Positions 46,662 through 57,200 of a stretch of DNA of 64,000 bases are shown here, piece by piece. The DNA is from Cyanophora paradoxa CCMP329 (Eukaryota > Plantae > Glaucophyta): NCBI GenBank assembly GCA_004431415.1, contig QPMI01000106.1, positions 186,001-250,000 on the forward strand, read 5' to 3'. The number at the start of each line of letters is the position of its first letter. The stretch's first letter is position 1. The notes under the pieces were generated by a model. The model saw nothing but the letters and a program-made list of their open reading frames with translations. It made no database searches and was not told the origin of the DNA. A program made the position numbers and the translations under genes.

Positions 46662-48739
46662 CTACACGTGCGGCTCCGCGCTGCTCGCCTGCAGCTGCTG
46701 CGCCGCCCGCCTCTCTTGCGCGCGCCGCCGAAGGTGCTCCGCCTGGCGCTTCCGCGCACACGGAGGGCAGCCGTTCTTCTTCGATGTGCGGTTATTTGGG
46801 CTGGCCTGCCACTTGTGCCCGCACTCCTCGCAGCGCCACCTGTCCACGCGGGGGCATCAACAGAGCCGCTTTGAATTCTTTCTTGCAGATGCGCGCTCAG
46901 CTGTCGATTCTAGCGCACCAGCGCTTCTCGTGCGAGCCCGGCGCCACCTCGCTCGGCTTGAGGCCGCCGTTCGCCTCGACGTCCCACTCCTTCGCCAGCT
47001 CGGGGAACCGCGCCTCCAGGTTGTTCCAGTCCGTCAGGGCCCGTCTTGCGCAGGCGGGGCAGCTGCGATTGAGAGGCGCTCATGATCAGTCGATCAGCAA
47101 ATGCAAGCGTTTGATGAAACAATAAGATCGCACTCTTTCTGGCCGGAGGTGCGACTGTTTGGAGTCGTCAGCCACCTGCACGGCCGCGCACAGCCGCCGG
47201 CGAGTCAAAGAAGTATACGTAGTCACCAGTATTGATAGATCGTTAAACGCACTCATGCAAGCACGCGCTGCATTGCCACCAACACATCAGGTTCGAATTC
47301 GCGCGGATGGTCTGCGGGGCGGGGGAGAAACAAGCTTGAAGACCGAGGCCGAAAATCGCGAGTTCGACTGCTCACCTCCGGCGTGCGAGTGCCGTTCTTC
47401 TCGAGATGCCACTCGGCGGCCGCCTTCTTGTTCAGCGCGGCGAGGCTCTTCTCCGGCGGAACAGCCCAGCCCTTCGCCCAGGGGGAGAAATATTAACGAT
47501 CAGCTTACGAAAAAAAGCATTCAAAGCGGCATAAACATTGAAAAAAGCATTCAAAGCGGCCTTACCGAAGTTGCGCAGTACGGACAGCCGTGTCCTCTGC
47601 TGCGCGTAATCGGTGTAGCCTCCCACTCGTGCGCCGGGTCCGCCTTGCATCTCCACCTGACCACGAGAGGTGGCTAGATTAGCTGAAGAGCGAAAAGCAT
47701 TCGTCGAACTCTGCGCATGCACACCAGACGAGCTTCATGCTCCCATACGTGACATCGTCTGGTGTGAGATCGTTTTCCGGATGCCACTCCAGGACCTGCA
47801 AAAGCACGTACGCGTAAGCGTCGCTGAACGCGTAACTCAATCGTGCAAGAGAGGTGTCGACAGCTGAAGCGCACCAGGTCGGGGCGGACGACGCTCAACC
47901 TGCGCTCCTCGAACGGCGCGCCCCGAGGCGGCATGCCCGGCCGCGGGGAGCCCATCTGAAGCCTGGCGCACTCGGGGCAGCCCGTCGTATGCCGACCGTC
48001 CGCTCTCTGTTTAACGAGCGCTTTCCAGCGGTGCCCGCAGCCGCTGCACCTCCAGCCCGCTCGATATTGCGAGCCGGCCGACACATCCCGCGGCGTGATC
48101 ATGACCTGCAGCTGTCTACTGCTCGGCTCCGGCAGGTCGTTGTCCTCCGCGTCCCACTCGGCGGCCAGGTGCGGGTGCGTGTCCGCGAGCGACGCGCCGG
48201 GCGCCGGGGGCCTCGGTCGGGCTGGCCGAGTGCGCGGTCGCGTTGCTGGTTCCGACGACGCAAAGCTGAAGCCGCTGCTGCCGCGGCTAACGTTGACGCT
48301 GCTGGCTTCTGTCGACGTCTGCAGCCTCCGCAGCGCTGCGGCCGGCGCCGGCGCTGGAGGCCTGTGCGCGGATCCGGACGAAAGACCGACGCCTGCGCAC
48401 ATCGTAAACGGAAGCTGTTGGCAGGCACATCGGCTTAGGTCGCACCGCGCTGAAGCCAGCCTGCGGCCGCGCAGAGACCTAGGCCTACGAGCGGTCAAAA
48501 CGAGGAGGCGGCGCGGGCGGTCGATGGCGAGCACCCGCGCGCGGACAACTCCGGCCATCGAGCACAGCGCTCCGCTGCGTCGCCGCCAAGCTCGCTGGAG
48601 CGCCCAAGCCGACTCTGACCGAAAGCGCCGCTGCCACCACCGCTCCCGACACGCCGGCGCCACTTGCCGGTCCCGCTTGTGCCGACCGCGCCGCCCGCAG
48701 CGCCCCAGCCCACTCGCGGGCGGACCGTGGCGCCAGCAT
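46662..48739 (-). CDS. Four-repeat DUF4379-type zinc-ribbon protein, copy B
   Basis: Same repeat exon structure as copy A, with Cys/His ligands retained (WRCSGCGH..CPEC, WRCKADPAH..CPYC, WQCSAC..CPAC, WRCEECGH..CPPC). Confidence 0.8.
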
Positions 48740-48811
48740 TGCAAACTGAACGGCCCGCGTACCCAGCTCGTCGACCAGCAGCACCAGCCGCCAGCGCCTG
48801 TACACCCTGCG

Positions 48812-50050
48812 ATGTTCGTCAGCGCTGCGGTCGGCCTCGTGCAGGGCGGCAGAACCGTACAATGCGCCGGCTCGCACGGCGTGGCTTCGCACGCGCGTGC
48901 GTCGAGTTCCAATCATGCCGCCTGTCCCCGCCCCGTCGTCTGGCAAGCCTCGAGCAGCGGCGCTGAACCGAGCAACAAGCCTCCCCGCCGCCCGGCCGCT
49001 GCGGAAGGCGCCAGGCCCGCAGCTAGCGAGGGCCGGCTGAGGTCATCGGCCATCGCGGGGGTCGCAGCCGCGCTCCTCGCGGCTGCATCGGGACCGGATG
49101 CCTTCTGCTCGCGTGCGTTGCTGACAAGCCGCGCCGCGCCGCCCGCCCACGCCGCTGGCGGCCGCTGACAGCGAGCCGCGCGCGCCGGCCCACGCGCTCC
49201 AGCCGGATACCCGCTCTCGTGCCCCGTGGAGGACGCCGTGTCGATCGCTCAGTGCTCGGAGAGCTCCCGCAGCTGCGTCAGCGTCTTCAACGAGGCGGGC
49301 CCCGCCCCACCCCGCCCCGCCGGCCCCGCCCCGCCCCGCCCCTGACTTGCGGCGGCGCAGGACGAGGCGCACTTTGCGGAGCCGTGGATGTACGACGGGC
49401 CGCGGGAGAAGGCGCTAGCGAAGCTCCGGCGCCTCCTCGCCTCCCGCGGGGACGTCCGCGTCGTGGAGGACGCCGCCGAGCGGGGGTACATCTACGCGGA
49501 GTTCGCGGGGAAGCTGGGCGCGGTGGACGACGTCGAGTTCTACCTCCCCGCGGACGATGTCGTCGTCCTCTTCCGCAGCAGCTCGCGCCTCGAGCGCGGC
49601 GGCGCCGACCAGCGCCAGCGCATGGAGGAGCTCCGCATTGCCCTCGGCTTCGAGAAGGCCCGCCCCCGTACCCCCCGTCGGCTCCATCCCCCTTACTTTC
49701 GCCGCAGCTGCCGGTGGTCCTCGCGTGGGACCCGCGGTGGTCCAGCAGCGCCGCCGCCCCGTGGGAGCAGGCCCGTACCCCCCGGACCCCCTCCCCCCCC
49801 ATCCAGCCCCACACCTCCTTGACTTTTCTGGGCCTCCCCCGCAGGTCTTCAAGGTTTGGTCCCCCACGACTCCCGCGCTGATAGCGCCCGCTCGGTTCTT
49901 GTACCCCTCTGACCCCGTCCGGTCCGTCCCCTTTTCCCGCCCCGTAGCCCTTCGAGCCCCTCTTCAAGGTCCGTACCCCTCCCCCTCCCCTCTCGCACCG
50001 CGCGGGGCCCGCTCACGCCCCCGCAGGAGATCAGCAAGACGCTCTACTAG
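48812..50050 (+). CDS. DUF1499-family protein, copy B
   Basis: Near-identical to copy A, with intact splice sites and stop. Confidence 0.85.
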
Positions 50051-50163
50051 GCCCCGCCCCCCGCTGCCCTTCGAGCGGGGTACGCATGCGAATTGGAAAG
50101 AAAGAGGCCGCGATTTGAAGGCAGAGGCGTGCGGGAAACGGGTACGGGTGCATGCCTTCCCTC

Positions 50164-53100
50164 TTACATGAAAGCCTCCTCGGCAAGGTCAACCGCCCGC
50201 GCCTGTTGTGAAGGGGGTACGATGAGCTCGAGGGTGCGGCGGGGGGTAGGGGGGTCGCAGAGGAGGGGAGGGTACCAGGGCGGCGGCCTTGTTGACGGTC
50301 TCCTGGTACTCGCTCTCCTTGACAGAGTCCGCCACGAGGCCGGCACCCGCCTGGAAACAAACCGCTCAGAGAAGCGCGAGGAGAAGAAGGAGAAGAAGAA
50401 GCAGCAAAAGCAGGTAGGGACCTGGATGTGGACGGTCCACTCCGGGCGCTGGCCGGGGGCGGCGGCGGCCTCCTGGCCCTTCTTGACGGGGACGACCTGG
50501 GGCGCAGGTGTGAGGGGGCGGGAAGGAAAGGGGGTACGGAGGGCAAGGGGAAAGGGTAGGGGTGCGGGGCGTTGGCGGGCAACAACAACGCGAAGCTCCA
50601 GAAGGGGTTGCTCTAGAACAACGGACTCTAGAACGACGGGGGGGAAGGGGAAGGGGGGTACCATGGTGCGCAGTGCGAGGGCCATGTCCATGTTCCCCTC
50701 GAAGCCGACGACGCCGATGCCGCCGCCGTAGGGGCCCCGCCGGTGCTTCTCCAGCTCGTCGATGATCTGGGGGAGGGGGCGGGTTCAGCGGATCGGAGAT
50801 TTGATTCAAGCGGGAGCGGAGGGGGAGGGGATGGAGATCAGCTGATCGGGGAGGGAGCAGATTCAGCAGATCGGAGATTCGAGCATGCTAGCGTGTGCTC
50901 GCGGGTTGAGCGGATTGAGGCGTGCTATTTTAAGCGGGTTCGGCGGATCGGAAGTCTAATTCAAGCGCGCTCGCTATTTTTAGACTCGCCTGGATGGCGC
51001 GGATCTTGGGGGCGCCGGAGACGGTGCCGGCGGGGAGCTCGGACTGGAGGGCGTCCCACGCGTCCATGCCGTCCAGCAGCTCCCCCGTCACCGTGCTGCG
51101 CCCCCGCCGCCCGCCCGTAAGAGAGCAGGCAAGCAAGCAAGCAAGCAAGCAAGCAAGCTTAAGCTTAAGATTAAGCTTCAGGCTTCCCAGCTAAGGTTAA
51201 GAAGCAAGAGAGCTGCGGCCGATGGCCGGCCGTAAGCAAGCAAGCTAAAGCTTAAGATTAAGATTAAGCTTGAGGCCTCGCTTGGGGCGAGGCGGCGCCC
51301 CCTCTGTCCACCTTACCATCGATCCCATCCGAGCCGCCCTAGCCCCCGATCCGAGCCCGAGCCCCCCGAGGCCCGGCCCCGGCCCCGGCCCGGGCTCGCC
51401 TGGAGATGTGCATGACGTGGGAGTAGCGCTCGACGACCATCAGCTTGGGCACCCGCACTGTCCCCGACTTCGACACCTGCCGCCCCCGCCCCGAGCCTCG
51501 GCGAGGGCGAGGGGGAGGGGAAGGAGGAGGAAGGGCGAGGGGGCGAAGAGAGCGCCGAGGAAGGGCGGGGGATTAAGAAGGGGGGATTAAGGCGCGGGAG
51601 GCGGTGCAGGGCGCGAAGGAGGCGGGGGGACCTAGAGGCGCTAGGAAGGGAAGGGAAGGCGAGGGCAGGTCGGCTAGGAGGCGCTCGAAAGCGGTCGGCT
51701 TGGGAGGGCGAAGGGAAGCTAGAAGCCAAGGAGGTGGCCGGGGCGGCGCGGGGCAGGGCCGCGCGGGGCTCGCCCCGGGAAGGGAAGGCGAGGCGGGGGC
51801 AGGCAACAACGGGGGCGGGGGGGGAGGGGACTTGAAGATCCGCGGAAGGAGGGAAGGGAAAAGCGCTAGGAGGCTCAACGGGCGGGGCGGGGGCGGGGCC
51901 GAAGCGGGGAAGGGATGGCGAGGCGGGGGCGGGCTAGAAGCCTAGGAGGCGCCGGCGGGGCGGGGCCGGGGCAGGGCGGGGCCGGGAAGGGGCGCGCCTT
52001 GCCGACGTCGTTGCGGCCGAGGTCGACGAGCATGACGTGCTCGGCGCGGTCCTTCTCGTCGGCGAGCAGCTCGCACTCCAGTGCCGCGTCCTCCTCCGGC
52101 GTCTTCCCCCGCCAGCGCGTCCCCGCCAGCGGCCGGTTCGTGATCTCCCGCTTGTGGATCCGCGTCAGGATCTCCGGCGAGGACGCTGAGAGAGATCAGA
52201 TCATTAGAGAGATCTTAGGGCGGTCCATCTATCTATCTGTCTGAGGGGTCGTCTGACCGACGAGGACGCAGCCGCGGCACTGCATGTAGATCATGTAGGG
52301 CGAGGGGTTCACGACGCGGAGCGCGCGGTAGATCTCCAGGGGCGTCGCCTGCGTCTTCCGCTCGAACCGCTGCGCCCCGCCCCGCCCCGCGTCGGCGGCG
52401 GCGTCCTGCCCTCGGACGCGCCCTCTTCGCGCTCCCACCACCTAAGCCTGCCCGGCGAGCTCCCTCCCTTCCCACCTCCTCCTACAGACCTGGGACAGCA
52501 CGATTTGGAAGGAGTTGCCCTCCCCGATGTGGTGCATCGCCCCGTCGAACCCCTTCATGAACTCCTGCGGGCGAAAGACGTCTCAGCGGACTGTTGTTGG
52601 GTAGATGATGCCGCTCGGGCGGGGCGGGCCTCCTTGGTCATGTTGGAGGCCATGACGCCGGGGCGGCGGCCGGCGAGGTCCAGGGATACCTCGCCCACCG
52701 GGAGCCCGTCGTCCGCCGCCGTCGGCTTCGTCAGCTTCGCCACGAGCTCCTCCAGCTCCAGCTTGCCCGTGCCAAGCGCCTCCTCCGCGCTCACTGTGGT
52801 GGCGTGAGCGAGCCCGTCCGTCCGTCTGTCTATCCGGCCAGCGCCCCACCCCGCACCGTGCTCGCGCATGTCGACCCACAGGATCGCGTACGCCAGCTTG
52901 CTCACGTTGTCGAAGACGACGACCTGGGTACGGAGAAAGAAAGGGGGGGTAAGGGGACGGTGGAAAGGAAGGAAGGAAGGGGGGTACGCCTAACGCGCCT
53001 TTCGGTAGAGCCCCAGGTTGACGTCGGGGAGACGGCGGTCGTCCTCGGGCGCGTTCTCGAAGGGCAGAGACTCTGTCGGCGCCATGAGGAAGGAGGAGGA

Positions 53101-54049
53101 GGAGAGGGGGGCTAAGCGGACGGACCGGCCTCGGTGTAGCGGACGGTGTCGTAGCTGACGTATCCGCTCCATCCGCCGCAGAAGGCGTCGGGCAGGCCCA
53201 CGGACTGGGCGGGCACGGGGTTCCACTCCTGCTGGACCTCCTTCACCAGCTGCGCGCGCGGCGGCTCAGGCGGGCGGGCGCGGGCGCGGGCGCGGGCGCC
53301 GGTTCGGAGGCGGGCCTTGATGGGGTCGTCGGCCTTCATGTGCTCCATTTGGATCGAGCCGCCGCGCGGGTGCCGCAGGACCTCGACTCCGTCACCGCGC
53401 GCGAGGATCTCCATCGCCGGGTCCGAGCCTGCATGCGTTCCGAGCGCTCGAGCGGCCCCGCGGCGGGCCCGCGGCGGCCTGAAAGGGAAGGAAAGACGCA
53501 CCAACGAAGCTGTAGCGGCCCTGCTGGTCGCCGTTGACGACGGACTCGAGCAAAAAGGAAGGGACGGTGGGGTCGTCAGTCGGGTTCAGCCTCCGGTACG
53601 CCATCACGGGCGTCAGCTGGTCCGAGAAGATGCGGCGATAGATGGGAATGAGGTTGTAGCCCGCCTTCGCGTGCTCCATGAACTGAGCGTCGGCTGCGAC
53701 GGGACTCAGGGCGCGCGCCGAGATAAGGCGCCTCTCCGGACGGCGGGGGCGACGCACTGCGCGCGGTCGCCGACTGCGATTCAGTGCTCGATGCATCCTT
53801 CACTTGCTGCGACGACGCGACGGCCGGCAGGGCGACGCTTGCGGCCACCGCGGCGGATCGCGCCGCGCGGCGGCCGGCGAGGAACCGCCTCCCTGCCCGC
53901 TCGCCAAGGAACTCCGACGCGCTCGAAGGCTGCGCCTGCTGGACGCCGCTCGGCGCAGGGAGAGGGGCGGCGGCGCAAGACTGCGCGCTGGCCACGATCT
54001 CGGCGGGCCGACCGCGCCCCGCACGAAGCGGCACCGCCGTGGAGAACAT
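50164..54049 (-). CDS. trpE: Anthranilate synthase component I (alpha subunit), plastid-targeted
   Basis: [20 protein letters not shown]...[96 protein letters not shown]-like [21 protein letters not shown]...SEFLG transit peptide. Confidence 0.96.
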
Positions 54050-54255
54050 GCTGTCGCTCGCCTAGGCACGAACGCCCGCACAGCCGGCTCTGGAGTAATC
54101 CGCGAGGGGTACGTGCGAGGATAAATCGGACTCATTCCCCCCCGAAGGACGGTTGAGCAGCTCTGACGACGCGGGGGCCCTGAGGCGCCCTTTAAGTGTA
54201 GCTGAGCCTGCCTGGCTGACCTGCGGCTTGGGCGGAGCTAGCTAGGCGCGCCAAC

Positions 54256-57200
54256 ATGGCGGCAGCGGAGGGGCCGCCAGCCGCGACTGGCGCGCCGCCG
54301 CCGCTCCGCGAGGAGGAGATCGTCATCGAATACTCGAAGCCTCAGCCATTCACGGGAGGCGACGAGGTTAGCTGCGACCCAGGCTGGCTTAGCCGCGTAG
54401 CTCCGTGAGCCCTGCACTGGCCGAGGCTGACGCTTGTGCTCGCGGCCTCTCTCCCACGCGCGCAGATTCAAGGCGTGATCAAGATCCCGCTCGTCAAGAG
54501 GAGCGACATCGAGGGGATCAAGGCGCGAGGAGCCAACCACACCCCGCCCAACCCGCGGCTCACGCCCCGCGCCGCAGATGAAGGCATACATGGAGCAGAT
54601 TCTGGAGCCGCCGCCAGCGATGCTCAAGAACCGCCTGCCGCTCGGGCCGCGGCTGCCGAAGGGCGGGACAGTGAGCGGCAACAAGATCTCCCACGGTGCG
54701 CACGGCCGCCCGCAGCCGCCGCCGGCGCGGCGCCGGCACGCCAGCGGGAGGCGCTGAAGTTGCGGGCGCCGCGCAGTGACGCCCGTTGTCAAGGAGATCC
54801 CCGTGTACTCGCTGGCCCAGGACCGCTACATTCGGGAGATGGCCGGCTTCGGTGGTGCGCCCCAGATTTGATCCGGGGGCGCGGCGCGCGCGAGCTGACG
54901 CGGGGCGTGCCGCAGAGGACTACTGCGACCGACCGACGGAGGACGGGCGACCGGAGGTGCGGGAGTACGCCTTCTCGGTGCGGCCGGGCCCGGCGCGGGC
55001 GCTGCACTCCTCCTTCGCGCGGCCCGGGTGCGGCTTCACGGTGAAGTACGTGCTGGTGGCCGCCGTGGAGTTCGCGGGCGGCGCCGTGCTGGAGCGAAAG
55101 GTCCCGTTCGAGCTGAAGGCCTCCTTCAAGGACCGCTTCCCCGAGAGCGGCGAGACGAGCCGCGAGCGGGCCTCCCAGTGCACGCGATACTTCGGGCGAG
55201 CGCGCCCCATCCATCCATCCATCCATCCATCTATCTTTCTATCCATCTCATCTACAGCAGGGCGGGCAACGTGACGATGTCGGCGCGGGTGGACGAGGGG
55301 GTCGTGCCCACGCCGGGGAGCGAGTTCACGCTCTTCGTCGACGTGCTCAACTGGACCAAGAAGGCGCGCGCGCCCGCGCCCCGCCCCGCCCCGCCCCGCT
55401 GGGCTCTGCCCTGAACAACGTGGCCTGGGCTGGATCTACCGCGCGCCCATGCGCCCCGCCCCGCCCCGCTCGCCTCTGACCAGTCCTGTCTTGGATCTAA
55501 CGCCCGCGCCCACCCGCGCCCCCCTCCGCCCTCCCGCCCGGCAGGCCTTCTAGAATCAACAGAGAGAGGGTCCTCTGACCTGTCGTCCGCGCGGCAGGCC
55601 TTCACGGAGATCCTGGTGCGCATCAAGCAGGTCGCCGACGTCAACGCCCTCGGGTGCGCCTCTGCGCCCCCGCCCGCTCGCTCGCGCGTCCGCCCGTAGA
55701 GCTTAGAGAGGTTCGAGCTTAGAGGGCTTGGAGAGATTCAATCCGACTCGCCCCCGCCCCCGCCCTCCCGCACGCAGGCTGGCGTACAAGAAGGAGGTGG
55801 CGGTGTTCGAGACGCGGATCAACACGCAGGAGAGCGGGCAGATCCTCTCCTACGCTAAGTCCACCATCGCTCTCGACCTCTTCATGCCCGACGACGGTCC
55901 GCCCGCCCCCAGATCAGATCAGACGTGCCCCTCCGCACCTCCCGACGCCGGGTGCGCAGCGGTGCCGTTCACGTCGGGGAGCGTGGACGTCTACTGGACG
56001 GTGCTCCTCCAGGGCTCCATCGAGGACGCCACGGACGCACCCCTCGAGGTGCCCGGGGAAGCGGGGGCGGGGCGGGGCGGAGGGCTGGGGGCCAGGAGAA
56101 GAAGCGAGAGGCGGAGCTTAAACCCTTCTCCTCTTCCTCCTCCTTCCCGCTGAGCGAGGCCGGCCGCGCAGGTGGAGGTGCCGCTGACGCAGGCGGCGGT
56201 GGCAGCCGCCTCCAAGTCGCGCCGCTCGATGGCCCCCTCGGGCTCCCAGGCGGACGTGAAGGCCGACCCGCCCCCGCGCCGCGCCCCGCTCCCCCGCGTG
56301 CGCTTCTTATTCTTAAGACTAAGACTTGTACTGATTGCTGCTTACTGTCTTCTTCAGACGACGAGCGTGATCAGGACGCCCCAGCAGCGGGCGGAGGCGG
56401 AGGCCAAGGCAAAGGCCGAGGCCGAGGCGAGGGCCAAGGAGGCCAAGACCGCGGCCGAGCGCGAGGCGAGGGAGGCGGCGGAGCGAGAGGCGGCGAAGGA
56501 GCGGGCCGAGCGGGAGGCGCGGCGGCGCGCGGAGCGGAACGAGCGGGAGGCGGCGGCCGCGTCCGATCGCGAGGGATCCGGCACGGAGGACGAGGGCCGC
56601 GGCGGCGGGGGCGGGGGAGGGCGGAGCAAGCGCCGCATCGTCAGCTTCGGAGAGGGGAGCGAGGCCGAGGGCGGCGGGGGCGACGTGAGCGATGACCCGG
56701 CTCCGGTTCAGGCTCCGCTTTCCTCACCTGATCTGACCTCCACCGCCCGCCCGCCCGCCCGCCCGCCCGCCTCACAGGAGCCGCGTACGCCGAAGGAGGG
56801 CGGGCGCCCCGGGAGCGCGGCGAGCCTCAAGTCGCCCTCGGGCAAGTCGCTGCGGCTGCGGCGGAGCGCGAGCCGCTCGGGGAGCCGCAAGTCCCTCGAG
56901 GCCGCCAAGCGCGGCTTCTCCGTCAAGGTGGGTAGTCGGAGCCGTCCAGCCCCGCTTTCCTAGCCGCTAAGCGAGCGAGAGAGCTAGCCAAGCCAGGAAG
57001 GGGCTTGATTCAAGAAGATTCCTCTAGTTCTGTACTAGAAGAATCCCCCAAGTCCTAAACCATGCAAGCTGAGCGAGCGTGCCTGCCCAGGTGAACCACG
57101 AGGCGACGTCGCGGCGGATCAAGCAGAGCATGCCGCAGAGCGCGACCCGCAAGAGCGTCATCGACGGCATACCCCTCAAGTGAGTCGGCCGCTCTACCCC

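Larger units (their letters stand above)
40675..50110. repeat. Tandem segmental duplication, units 40675-45408 (4734 bp) and 45409-50110
   Basis: The junction ...GAAAGAGGCCG|A|GGCCCCTGGTGCGTCC at 45408 joins the sequence seen at 50110 to that at 40675. Gene content is collinear. Confidence 0.95.

Noticed and set aside
41920-48739. Zinc-ribbon genes as a homing endonuclease or transposon
   Set aside because: No nuclease or transposase domain, terminal repeats or target-site duplications. The genes are intron-rich and were copied by segmental duplication.
16937-54049. tyrA plus trpE as an aromatic amino-acid gene cluster
   Set aside because: They are over 30 kb apart with many unrelated genes between them.
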